A stretch of DNA of 64,000 bases, taken from assembly GCA_951406725.2 (NCBI GenBank), contig OX597816.1, positions 59,582,001 through 59,646,000 of the forward strand, given 5' to 3'. Below the pieces are notes generated by a model. It had not been told where the DNA came from and did no database searches. It saw only the letters and a program-made list of their open reading frames with translations. Source of the stretch: Octopus vulgaris (taxonomy: Eukaryota). A program made the position numbers and the translations under genes. This document shows, one piece after another, positions 25,601-39,319 of this stretch (position 1 is its first letter; each line of letters opens with the position of its first letter).

Positions 25601-27700
25601 GTATGTATTTATGTATGTATGTACCCACATGTGAATAGGTACACCATGATCTATACACACGCATACATCATCATCATCATCATCATCATCAATTAGCGTC
25701 CGTTTTCCATGCTAGCATGGGTTATATATAGTGTACTGTTCCGTGATGGTAAAATGAACAAAAGTACTCCATCTGGTGAGAGATAAATATTATTTAATAG
25801 ACATAGTACATGTTTTTATGTGTTAGTAATAGATTCTTGTGCTGAGAACATGCCAAGATGATGCATACCCTGCGTGCACATAAATACTTTTGCAAAAAAT
25901 CTGCAGTCAAAACATTTTGATTCACCCTTCCACCAGTTTTGAAGATAATCAAACCAAATTTTCATCATTTTCAGCCACTCACCCAATGAGTATTTCTGCC
26001 AAATTTAGTGAAAATTTGTTCATCTATTTTCCAGTAATTTTGCAAACACACAGACAAATAGTGATTACAATACCCTGCTTTCACTTAAGCATGCAGAGTA
26101 ATAAAAACGCTTTGTCATATTTATTGCAACCATGTGACACAGACGTTCCTTTGTCATTTTCACCATTGGTAATCCAGTGAACCACTGATTGGTTCATTTG
26201 AAATCCTCCAACCAATGACATTAAAGAACATGGTATGGTTGGCCTCTTTCACAACTGGCTGGCAGTATTGCAGACACTATGATTTAACCAACTTTGCTGT
26301 GCCAGATGCAAGCGCTTAGCCCACATACATTTTTTCTCTCATGGATACTTCATGACGGAAAGACAAGTCATGATATAGAAGAAACAGGACAGCGATATAA
26401 ATAGTATTCTAATGTCAGAGAAATTCATTGTTCAGTTACATAATTAAGCAGTTGATCAGAAATATTACTTTGAAGGAAAAGAAACTACAGTCTATATGGA
26501 AACTGCCAAACCACCATTTACTTATAACTTTATACACACAAATATATGTGTATGTATGTAACATATGGTATAATTATAAATAGGGCAAATTTTAGCCATT
26601 TCTCTGCAGACTGAAAAAAAAAATAACGAACAACTTTAATTGATTTTCAAACCTTTTTGGATTCTCATCAGAGGTGTCTACATAATTCTGACAGTCTCCA
26701 GAGAAACAAGCACCCAACTGTTTATATACTCAACAAATGCAGCAGTTACTCTATGAAGGAGTCCCTAATATGCATACCGAAAGTGTTTAACACTCGATAA
26801 ATACCAGTTCATTTATTTGTTCCAGTCATTAGACTGCAGCCATGCTGGAGCACCAACTTGAAGGGTTTAGATGAATATATCACCCCCAATACTATTTTTT
26901 AAAGCTTCATATCTATTTTATCAGTCTCTGTTTGCCAAACCAACACCAGTTTTAAGCAGTTGTAGGTCACACACACAACAGGCTTCTTTTAGCACCTGTC
27001 CCCCAAATCCATCCACAAAGCTGTGGTTGGACTGAATCTGTAATAGAAGACACTTGCCTAAGGATCTACAGTGGGACTGGTATATATTGCTTGGAAGAAT
27101 ACTTTAAAATGTTTTTTTTTTCTTCATGTGAAGGACCCAGTTTTTACTGGCTGTTCACATAAACTATTTTCTGTTTAGGAAACCACATTGCTATTGAAGT
27201 CTTCTATATAAGGTTATATAAGTCTATCACCAGAAATGTAGGTCAACAGTATGTCAGGAAGTTTTAATCAATTTTATATTGAATGAACATAAATGTAAGA
27301 AAATAAAATATTGTTCGGTAGTACTTCACTGGTTCATAATTGATCAAAGAATAGAATGAATACCATTGACAATGATGACATCACTGCTATCGGCTGTGAT
27401 GGCTACAAGGCTGCGTAATTGAATGAAATGATTACATGGTGGCAAGTTCAAATCTTAGCATAACCATTGTTACAATGCTTTCTTTTTCTTTGTCCAAAAG
27501 ACACTAGAATGCTTTGTTCTGTTGACCTCTGGAGACCCAATTCAATTGGGATAATTAACCACACATAAAGCATCTGTTATTCTTGGATTTCATGAGAGCC
27601 AATCCTATTATTGAACATCCATTAATAAATAATGAAGTATGGCATTCACAATTGATTTATCTTTATAAGAGCATAACTTCAGAGAGAGAGAGAGAGAGAG

Positions 27701-27737
<37 letters not shown>

Positions 27738-27908
27738 TTGGCTTTTACAACTTTGCTATAATGCTGCAGATATTCGTCTATGTTATTAAGAAGGTTCACT
27801 TGCCAACAACGTTTTCAATCCTGCTGTGTGGTGCCTTGGACAAGTGTCTTATACTATAAACTCAGGATGACCATGTGGCTTTTATAAATGGAAAGTGAAA
27901 GAAAGCTA

Positions 27909-27960
<52 letters not shown>

Positions 27961-28118
27961 CTTTAATTAAAGCAGCAGAAAATTCAACAAAACCTGTTAC
28001 TCTGAGTTTCCCGTTGCCGTTCATTTTTCTGCTGCTTTAAATAAAGCATATTACTCTACCACTGGTATTTGAGTACTCTTTTTTCCACCTTGTTTCACAT
28101 TTATGTGTTTACTCTGGT
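27961..28118. mobile_element. Short foldback fragment between (TA)n tracts
   Basis: CTTTAATTAAAGCAGCAGAAAA (27961) pairs with TTTTCTGCTGCTTTAAATAAAG (about 28025). The minus strand has TGAACGGCAACGGGAAACTCAGAGTAACAG, a hammerhead-like 3' half. Confidence 0.5.
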
Positions 28119-29357
28119 ATATATATATATATATAGTTATATGATGATGTTGATAATAACTGTGTATGTGTGTGCATATTTATTTGTTTACAGTTGTCCT
28201 TCTTATAAAATTACTGAGCAACAAAGCAGTGATGTTGTCATTTCCCCTTGTTAAATCATCCAATGGCTTTATACCTTGTAAAGCCTCAGTTCCCTTAATT
28301 GAACAACAGGAATGGGTTTGTGACAGGAAGGGCATCAAGCTGTTAAACAATGCCTCAATATGCTAGCATGGAAAAAAAAAACCCCAAATGAACATAGAAA
28401 CAAATGAACAAGTTTTCAATTAAGTTTCACAACGATATGCAAATGGTTTAGCAAAATATTTCTATAAGATATTGGCCAAAAATTAGTTTTAAAATTAATA
28501 CAAAAAAAAAAAAATAAATAATCAGTACACTCTGTGAAATGGTTGGCATAAAGAACATGAAGAACTGCAGAAACCATGCCAAAGCAGACATTAGAGCTTA
28601 ACACATAACACAGCCCTCTGCAACCAACCCATGCTAGCATGTAAAATAAATGTTAACTGATGATGATAACCTACAACACACTTAATATTCTAAAAATCCC
28701 AAACAAATCACAAACAATCATATATGCCGCCTGTTCTTTGGCAGTATTAATCTCTCTATTTATTCTACAGAGAATGCTTTGCATGTTATCATTCAATCCA
28801 TACCACCTTTAGAATAATTACTGCTACATGTGTACATTTAATTATTGTACCATTCCAAACAGACTTACATCCAGGCCATGGCATTGATTCAAACATTTTA
28901 CCACATGATGAGCTTTCTTACAGTTTATGTTAACATTGGTGCTTCCAACTGAATCTCGTATCAAAAGTAACACCGTTTTACTTCCTAAACTCAAGCCAAC
29001 CAACAACATACTTCTCAAATAATTGGAATTTGTTTAACAAAAATACCTACTTGTATTTATGTTTGAAACCTCACAGACATATACATATTGGTGTGAGTAT
29101 GTGCACATTTGTATGTATGTGAGTGTGTATATATAAATAATATATAAATATATGCATATATACATACATATATGTACATACCTACATATATATGTATATA
29201 TACATGCATACATAGGTACAGGATATAAAAAAAACATGAACAAAATGAGAAACAAGAACATAGAAAATGAACTTTTTGAACAACGAAAGAAACAGAGAAA
29301 CAAGATAGGCAACATAAAGAACATTCCCTTCATCAGTTGTCCCGTTTTATCTGCTCC

Positions 29358-29793
29358 AACAGAATAAAGTTAAAACATGGTCTGGTTTACACATTTTTTA
29401 TTATGGTATTTTAACATTAAAAATATATATATTGTAATGTTCATAAAGTTCAATTAGCGCTTTCATACATTCGTAGTAATCATATCTTTAACATATGAAT
29501 ATAAACAAATGACAGAATATCCGTGTGCCCAGCAAACTGTGATGTTTAAGCTGCATGCAGATTGGTCAAAACTATATTCCAAACATTCAGCTTGTTGGCG
29601 CATTCTAAGAGGTACTACAGTTGTTAACAAAACTCAACTGTTAATTAAATACATTCTGAAATCTGCTGATTACTACGAACATATGAAAGTGCCAATTGAA
29701 TTTTATGAACATTACAAAATATATTTTTTAATCTTAAAATACCATAATTAAAAAAATGTGAAACCCAGACCATGTTTTAACTTTATTCAACTG
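29358..29793. mobile_element. MITE-like element with ~55-bp terminal inverted repeats
   Basis: GAATAAAGTTAAAACATGGTCTGG...ATGGTATTTTAA versus TTAAAATACCAT...CCAGACCATGTTTTAACTTTATTC. Confidence 0.65.
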
Positions 29794-29901
29794 ATATATT
29801 ATTCTATACACATTCACACAAATTCGAAACAATATATATATATATATGTAAATATATATCTAGGTATGCTTGTACATATATACATACATACACATCTATG
29901 C

Positions 29902-29940
<39 letters not shown>

Positions 29941-30885
29941 CATATATATATATCTATGTATGCTTGTACATATATACATACACACCTATGCATGTATATA
30001 TATATATATATATATATATGGAAGCATACGTATATATATGTATGCATATATATACACATAAACACATGTATAGATACACATACATATATATATATATATA
30101 TATGCATGCATGTGTGTGTGTATATATATATATATATATACACACACACGCGCTCACATACATATATATGTGTATGCATATACATACACATATATAGACA
30201 CGTGTGTGTGTGTGTGTGTGTCTTTGTTTTGACATCACATGACAGTTGTAAACAAGCATCAACATCATACTGGTAGTGGCATTCATACCCAGTCTTCCAT
30301 GAGAAACATGTCAGATCCATGGGTAAATATTAACTTGTTTGGAAACATGAGGGTTTGTGACATGAAGGACATCATCTGGTGGTGGAAAATCTTTCTCAAC
30401 AACCTCAGGATGACCATGTAAACATGGAAAAAGTCAACATTAAAATGATGATGATGATGATGATATGCATATATGTGAAGAGCAGGCAGAAACGTTAGCA
30501 TGCCGGATGAAATGCTTAGCGATATTTTGTCTGTCTTTACATTCTGAGTTCAAATTCTGCCCTCATCACCTCAAAAAAATTCCAGGCCTTGTGCTTAGTG
30601 TAGAAAAGAATAATGATATGCATATGTATATTTGTGAGTATATATACATGTGTGTGTATAGCTGATCATACAATGAACTGTATGCTTCCAGTGGAAGTGG
30701 AAGCAAAATTGACGATACACATCAACCACATTCTCATTTTCTCTTTCCTTTTTAACCATTTCCAAATTTAGAACTATAATTTTTCAAATATTGAACTGAG
30801 GGCAGTTGAGGAGTTTCCAAGATGACCTAGGCCTTCCTGTACCTTTTACATTATTTTTGGAAAATGGTTTACTAATTTAAACACA

Positions 30886-30927
<42 letters not shown>

Positions 30928-31011
30928 TATATAAACACTTATATATATATACTTTTATATATATATATATTTACATATATATACTTTTATATATATATAT
31001 ACATATATATA

Positions 31012-31264
31012 TATTGTTATATTTCGGAATGGTGATTTTGCCAGTTTAGTCAATAAAAACACATGCACTATATATTTGGTGTTACTTTGCTTCAGTGTTA
31101 TTTATTTTTTACATTAATCTTAATCTTATTTTGGCCAGAGTTCTTTCGTCACACTCCTATAATTAAAAAATAAATAACACTGAAGCAAAGTAACACCAAA
31201 TATATAGTGCGTGTGTTTTTATTGGCTAAACTGGCAAAATGACCATTCCGAAATATAACAATAT
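31012..31264. mobile_element. Foldback element in a (TA)n tract (~100-bp arms)
   Basis: TATTGTTATATTTCGGAATGG...GTTATTTATTTTTTA is the reverse complement of TAAAAAATAAATAAC...CCATTCCGAAATATAACAATA. Confidence 0.75.
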
Positions 31265-31353
31265 CTGTTTCAACACACGACTTCTCATAAAAAATCTTGC
31301 ACAACAAATATTTAAACGTACATATATATATACGTTTATATATATATACTTAC

Positions 31354-31404
<51 letters not shown>

Positions 31405-32236
31405 GGTGGCACGTAAAAAGCACCCACTACATATATATATTGCCAGATTAGACTAGCCTGGTGCAGCCTTCTGGCTTCCCAGAACCCCGGCGAACCGTCC
31501 AACCCATGTTATGGAGAACGGACGTTAAACGACGATGATGATGATGATGATATATATATATATATATATATATACACAATTATACACACACACACACAAA
31601 TATATATACACTTATCATCCGAATGTGGCTGATGCCAGTGCCGCCTTGACTGGCTTCTGTGCCAGTGGCACGTAAAAAGCACCATCCGATCGTGGCCACT
31701 GCCAGTCTCCCCTGGCACCTGTGCCGGTGGCACAAAAAGCACCCACTACACTCACGGAGTGGTTGGCGTTAGGAAAGGCATCCAGCTGTAGAAACATTGC
31801 CAGATCAGACTGGAGCCTGGTGCAGCCTCCTGGCTTCCCAGACCCCGGTCGAACCGTCCAACCCATGCTAGCATGGAAAACGGACGTTAAACAATGATGA
31901 TGATGATGATGATGATTTACATTTGACAAATGAGAAGCAATGTCCATTTTTCTATATTTTTTGTCTGGCTACAGTCATTGCAGTGCCAGCTCTATTGATG
32001 TTTTTGTGGCAAATGAAATAAGTCATATCATATTTTCTGCACCTGTAAGTGTTTCAGGCATGGCTTTGTGGTTAACTACATGGTCTCAAATTCAGTTACA
32101 CCATATGGCACATTCAGTAAGTGTCTTCCTCAATAACCCTAGGCCTTGAGAAGATTTAGTAAATGGAAACTGAAAAAAGCCCATCATATGTATAAGCAGG
32201 GAAAACGGATGTAAAAATGAACAAATTCATCTAAAA

Positions 32237-32525
32237 CATAGGTTCTCAAAGTGGGCACTACCGCTCCCTAGTGGGCGTTGAGAGAGTCCAGGTAGGCGCT
32301 GGTGTCTAAAGAGGTGGTAGAGGAAAAGGAGGCATTAGGAGAAAAGCTGTGGATTGGGGGACGCTTATGAATTTATATTGTATACAAATTATATAATATT
32401 ATATTAAATATCAAATGATTCAAAGTATATATAAATTAGTAAAATATAAAATTTTTATTTATACATAAAAATAGGGGTGGGAGTGCTGGGGTGGGGCGGT
32501 GGCCCAAAATGTTTGAGAACCTCTG
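32237..32525. mobile_element. hAT MITE
   Basis: CATAGGTTCTCAAA...TTTGAGAACCTCTG with near-TSD ATCTAAAA/ATCGAAAA. Related to 44380-44698. Confidence 0.65.
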
Positions 32526-35500
32526 ATCGAAAAGGTCACATTCAAATCTGCCGGAATATACTGGTTTCAAATTTCAGGGAAGAGGGTAAGTCAATTACAC
32601 TGCCCCCCAGTGCTCAACTGGCACTTAATCTAACAACCTCAAAGGGATGAAAGGTAAGTCGACTTCAGTGGAATTTGAACTCAGAATGTAAAGGTAGACA
32701 AAATACCGTTAAGTATTTCACCCGGCGTGCTAACGAATCTGCCAGCTCACTGCCTTATCAAGGGAACATCTTACGAACGAACATGTCCTCCTTTTGATTC
32801 TCACTGTTCACTGTGCATAGACACCATCTTTAGCTGAAGAGACAAACAACAAGGTTGAAACACTGGATGTCTGAGTCTCCTTACTTTAATGAACTGAGAG
32901 TGTTATGATCATAAATTCATCAGAAAGAAGTTGTTCTCTGAAGAACAAAATACAACCGTGATTAACATGTTTACTTTCAAATCAGCCACATCCTATTTAG
33001 AATAAATAACTCACCATTTTGATTCTTACTCTTCACTGTGGACACAATAACTTACTGTAAATTATTATTATTATTATCATTATTATTATTATCTAACAAG
33101 TGTGTAACATTTAGCTGGGCTTAATCTAATCGACTACTACCTCCCTCATGCCACGGCTGTGTGGTTAAGCAGTTTGCTTCTCAACCCTGAGTTTTCAAAT
33201 TCAATCCTACTGCCAGGCACATTGGGTAAGCATCTTCTACTATAACCATGGGTCAACCATAGCCTTGTAGATTTGGTAGACAGAAACTGAAAAGAAAATA
33301 TGTTGTATATGTGAGTGTGGATGTGCATGTGATGTTTGTGTACATCTTTCTCTTGACATCACATGCGGATTGGCAACAGGAAGGACATCAGGCCAGAGAA
33401 GATTGTCTCAACAAATTCCATCTGACCCATGTCAACATTGAAAAGTGGATGTTAAAACAATGATGATGATGATTAACATTATAGAATTATGTCCCTCTCA
33501 GCTTCTCACTATAAATCCAACATACCCTTTCTCAGACATCTAAAAACCATTCTCAGAAACCTTTCAATTGCAAACAAGTGCTGGTTCCTGAAATTAAGAC
33601 ATTTAGTTTGAACTTTATCGATCCAAATTTTCAAATTCTACATTTTCCCCAGAGCACCAATTAACATTTGTGTGTCATTATGAATTTTTAATATTTTTCA
33701 TTCTCTTTCCCAGATTTTGATTAGCATGTTTTTCTCGGTAACAGACACAAAATAAAAAAAATCATCACCAGCACCTTTATTTAATGTCCACTTTTCCATG
33801 CTTGCATGGGTCAGACAGAATTTGTCAAGGCAAATTTTTATGGCTGGATGCCCTTCCTGCTCCCAACTCTCATCAGTTTCCAAGCAAGGTAATATTTCCC
33901 CTAAGCCAAACATATTTTTCATGAAATACAGGAAACTTACTTGCAGCTACAAGGACAACCAAAGCATAAAAATCAGAAGGAATTACAGGTACCAAACCTT
34001 TTATCCAGCAACCTTGGGGCCGGAGGTGGTCTGCATTTCTAGACACAGGCTAAATATATACCGAAAATATAAAATAAACAAAGAAAAGTAAAGAACAAAA
34101 TTGTATAACATATACAAATTGATACATTTCTAAAGCAGGGTCTGTTTAATCTGGCGTCGTATGGTGGCACATGTGCCATGGAAAACAAAACAAAGTGGCT
34201 GCCCGGCAAAATTCAAAGTTATTCAGTTTCAAAAAGAGCTATATTTCTGGTAATTCCAGATTTCTGGATTCTGGACAAAAGGTTCAGTACCTGTATATGT
34301 ACTTGCATCATAAAATAAGCATATATAAAAATAAATCTCTCTATCTCTCTCTGTATTTGTGTCAGTGTGTGTGTGTGTGTGTGTTTGTCTCCTTGTCTTG
34401 ACATCATGTGACAGCAATAAATGTCACTGTCACAAATGATGTTGCTCATTTCCAATCTTCAGTGGAAACCTGTCTAGTCACGGGGTTAATATTACCTTGC
34501 TTGGAAACTGGTAAGGGTTGATAAAAAAGAAGGGTGTCCAGCCATAGAAAAATCTGCCACAATAAATTCCGTCTGACTCACACCAGCATGGAAAATGAAA
34601 ATGACTAGCAGGACCCATGAATATTTCACTGAATTAATAGTAAACCTATTGGGTTATTCCTGAAAACTTTATCAAAAAAACCTGAAAGCGTAGCCTGTGT
34701 TGTGTCTATATCAAAGAATGGTCACTCATCTGCTATTCATTGAAAAATTAAGGTAATTGGAATGCGATGATTACTTAATGTACTTTATATATATATATAC
34801 CTTATGTACTTGATGCACAATTTTATAGACTTAATACACAGCACTCATAAAATAAATATTTACTCTTATTGTCCCATTTTCCCCAAAACAACAAAAAAAA
34901 AAAAATCCCATATATATGATACAACCTTTAGTTAAATTTCATATATTTGCCTTCTAAATAAGTGTGAATATTTCACAGAATTGCACTTAAGCACATCAGA
35001 ACGTCACCTCTCTGCTAAAATTCCTTTCCGCCTCACATCATCGACGCTTCTTTCTCTCCCTCTTTCGGTCTCACTCTTTGCCTTATCCTCTTATTCTTTC
35101 TCCTCTCTTTCACCTCAACTAATCACATGAAAGCGTTACAGTAACGTAATGACAAGCAAAATTATTATAAGATCATAATTAACTGTGACAAATCAATCTA
35201 TGAGACATTATGTTGGCTTAATAATATAAAGATGAAGTTTTTGAATCAGGATATGTTTGTACAGTGCTTGGAAGAAGAGGAATCTAACATAACTTTTCAA
35301 ACTGGAGAGAGAGAGAGAGTCTAACTGCAAATTCTGCTATTATAAATGTGTCAAGAGAAAAATAACCAGAACACTTTTCCTGCCAGTAATGGTTCATCTT
35401 CCATTTACCATTTTATATCTATTAAGTTCAATAAAAACATATCTTTCCTTATTATTTTCTTTTTATAGATTTATTTTCTTTCAAGTGTTGGCCTTCACTA

Positions 35501-36409
35501 AACAATTATTCATATGTTCATAACTCAGTTAACAATATTTGCAAGTCACAGCTGGTCCAATCGATAAAATGTTGATCTACCAGCCAAAGAGTTAATGGAC
35601 TCTTTTTATCACCACCTCCTCCCCTCTTGCTACACTACTAAATTTGCAATGGCTAAGTTTATCTTGGTATAACTAGCTGTAATGAGAGAAGCACTGTTTA
35701 TTGTTTATGAGTAAAAGTCAATACAACTGATAAATTTTAATAATGACTGATATGAATAATGTTTGGTTGGTTGGTTGGTCAGTCGGTGACTCAGTTTTGC
35801 TTTACAGAGTATAAAGAGGAGCAGAAAGGAGTAAAAGAAAGACACAGAGAAAGTTAATATAAGAGATGCAGGATGAGTACACATGAGGCTTAGTGACAGG
35901 CAATGAGTAAGGGAACACCACACACACACACACTGAAAGGAATTATACAAAAGAGAAATGTGTTTCATTTAATTTTATTTTAATGAAATAAATATTTTTC
36001 TTTTGAAAATTAGAATTCATTTTATTTTGTATAAGCATCATGAAATTTGATAAAGATTAAATTATAACCATTATATGTATGCCATATTTCCTGACATTAT
36101 CACCCATGGTGGCAAAAATATACTTCAAAAGTTACCTGTCATATGTGTGTGTGTGTGTGTGTGTGACAGCTTGACAACTGGTGCTAGTGTGTTTACATCC
36201 TTGTCACACAGTGGTTCAACAAAAGAGATCGATAGAATAAGTACCAAGTTTAAAAATAAAATAATACTGGGGTCAATTCATTTGATTAAAAATTTGAGGT
36301 GGTGCCCCAGCATGGTCACAGTCTAATGACTGAAACAGCTTAAAGACATTTTGTCTCAAACAAGGCTTGAGGACACTGTAGCATAAGGGACTAGAAAGAA
36401 GGAAAAGAA

Positions 36410-36790
36410 GGGCCCACAAATTCATAGGCTATTGGCTTACAGAAGCATAAAGGAGTCTAAATGATAGACCAGAGGAAATGAAGATGACTGTAGGGAGTTT
36501 CAGAGAGAGGAGAAGTTCAAGGAAAAGAAGTTATTGGAATAAAAGGATTTATGACTAACAGGAAACTCAATGGAGAAGCAACACAGCTGGGAAGAGAAGT
36601 AGGGGACATGTTTAAAGGTCATGATAAAAGGGGACATTATGAGAAACTTCATCAGAGCAATGTCCATGGAAATGATTCACCTCATGTAATATGGCTGGAG
36701 TGTAACAGTTATAGCACGTGAAATAAAAGGATTTATGACTAACGGGAAGCTCAATGGAGAAACAACACAGCTGGGAAGAGAAGTGGATGT
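36410..36790 (-). mobile_element. Decayed CR1-group LINE 3' fragment with an internal ~60-bp duplication
   Basis: Resembles 61600-62040. About 36538-36600 is repeated at about 36722-36785. Confidence 0.4.
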
Positions 36791-37600
36791 CACTTATGGA
36801 ATGAAGTATTTCTATATGGAAACTAGGACAATATTTACAGCACAATATTAGTGACATTATTGAGGTATTTAAGGTGGCAAGCTGGCTGAGTTGTTAGCAC
36901 ATTGGGCAAGATGCTTCCTAGCATTTTGTCCATCTTTATGTTCTGAGTTCAAATTCTGCCAAGGGGTTGATAAAATAAGTACCGGTTGAATACTTGGAGT
37001 TGATGTAAATCAACTTATCCCCTTCCCTGAAATTGCAGGCTTTGTGCAAAAAATTGAAACCAATATTATTGAGATATTTTTTACTAATCCAAGACTGCTT
37101 TCGGTGAAGTACCAGTAATGTTTAAAGGGATTCAAATTATATGGAACTGCCTGGTTTTGATTCCAGATTAATGATGGTTACAAAAAATATAACATTCTGT
37201 ACTTTTAGTCCTTGGGAACATTCTCACGTTTATAGTTGTACTGGGGTTTGTGGGTCCATTCATTGTTTCAGTACACAAGTTAATCCAGTCTACAAAAATA
37301 GTTTCCCAGCCTGAAAGAATTCTAGTGTTTATCTTTGGATGTTAAAACTGAGATTCTGTCATCACATGAAGACATAGAGCAAGAGGTCAGAATCACAGAC
37401 TGTAATGTATTTGGTAAGCAGGTGGATATGAGATAAATTGTAAAACATTTATACATATATATATACATACACACAGACACACATACATGTATATATGTGT
37501 GTGTGAAAATAACCAATTAATTCTTTGAAGAGAAAGTAACTTGTAGAAATGGATGGAGAGTTCTGGTAAAGGAAAGTAACAAGTCAAAAGGCAGCATGTA

Positions 37601-37890
37601 CAATAGAACCTCACAGTACAAGATCCCCATTCTATGAGAAATTTGCTGTACAAACCGTGACTTGTGTGAATTTTTGCATTGAAGTACGGGCAGAAATTTG
37701 CAGTATGAGCACACAAATTGTTAATAAAACCAGTTTACATATTTCTTATTTTTGAGTGGTTTTGGTGGGTTGGAACGGATTAATTATATTTTAGTTAATT
37801 TTAATGGGGAAAATTGATTTGTAAAATGAGTAAATTGCAAGACGAGATTGGTCATGGAACGAATTAAACTCATACAGTGATGTATCACTG
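37601..37890. mobile_element. Tc1/pogo-type MITE (degenerate TIRs, TA flanks)
   Basis: TA|CAATAGAACCTCACAGTACAAG...CTCATACAGTGATGTATCACTG|TA. Confidence 0.4.
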
Positions 37891-39271
37891 TATTTTGAGA
37901 ATGGGAGGTGTTATGGATGCACCAGATGTGATTAATAGTTGGAAAAGCAGGCTTTGTGACCATCTCCCATCAAAAGCTGGCTACACAAGCTACATGAAAT
38001 TACATTGGTAATTTATGAAATCAAGATGTATTTTTTAATGCATCTTGATTTCTTTTTTAAAAAGTGAAAAACTTCTGTGTAGATTTCAGAAAAAAATCTG
38101 TCAGAGTAAATCTGGTTTGAAAAGGCATATCAAAGGCCATAAGATTATCATACCACAAGTGAGATAGAGGGGCTCCAAAAGGGGTCTCAGGGAGTAGCAT
38201 CTCTGCCTTTCTGAGCTAGTTTTCCACCACATTTCTTAAAAATCATGGTAGAGGCCTTGGTCTCACGACTACTCATGTCTAGAAACAGAGGTTGGGGGGT
38301 GAGCAAAGGCATGCTCCCCGTAGAAAATCCAGCTCCCAAAAAAGCCTTGTGGTAGCTAAGGAGAATGGGCACCAGCCAGCCAGCCCAAAGTTTGGGGTGG
38401 GCTGCACCTGCCTACCTCAGTTGCTATGGCATTGAGGTAGATCCAGCCACCCCCATTAACGGGGGCAAAACCCAGGATGATGATGATGTAAGCTACATAA
38501 AGAAGTTTTGAATCTTATATGCCACATGAATTTAAAGCCTTGTAGATCAACTACTGGTCTGAAAAGTCACCCCAAAGCACATGAATATAATGGAGATTAT
38601 AGAGATGAAGTAGACTGATTGAGAGAGCTATCATCTTTCAAAACGAAGCCGTCCACATGTAAGCATTTCTATATGTATGTACGTGAGAGAGTGCATTTGC
38701 TTACATTCTCCACTGGGTTGGAATAGGGATCCTTTACTTGAAAAACTGTTAAGAGTTAGCAACAGGAAAAGCATCCAGCTACAAACCATTACCGCAAAAA
38801 CACATAAAACTGATTAAAACATTAAATGTTAATTCATATCATCTAAGAATCCATAAGAAAAAATATGCATTTGTATATTTGTCAATAGAGTGAGTATATT
38901 AAACAAAGTGTACAGTATCGTATATCCAATTCGATGTTACCAATATGCTTCGCATTGGGTGTACAACCAGATGCTTGATAACAGCACAGTTAAGTTATAA
39001 TGTGTGCTGATCATAGCTGACAGGTATGGAACAGTTGCTATATTTTCATCATACCAGCTACATACTAGTTCTGACAAACAATATTACTTAACCATACTGT
39101 TATCTAACATTTGTTTAATGCACACACACACATATGATTTCCCTTGGATGTACCAATACTAATAACTAGTTTTTAGAACTCAATATACATATACAAGTAT
39201 ACTTTCTGAAATAAACATTCACTTCATTTTAATGGCCCCCAAAGAAGCTATAAGATGTTGTACACAAGCAC

Positions 39272-39319
39272 TTAGCTCTGAGTGCACTGCTTTTTATAAC
39301 AGAAACAGCTGTAAGCTAA
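39272..39319 (+). ncRNA. Decayed minimal type I hammerhead ribozyme motif
   Basis: TTAGCT-CTGA-GTGCACTGCTTTTTATAACA-GAAAC-AGCT-GTA-AGCTAA. Perfect 6-bp stem I and intact 3' core, but CUGANGA is broken and stem II is eroded. Confidence 0.5.

Noticed and set aside
24514-25603. Tc1/mariner DNA transposon with long TIRs
   Set aside because: The internal frame is GIY-YIG-like rather than DDE, and the insertion extends beyond one arm.
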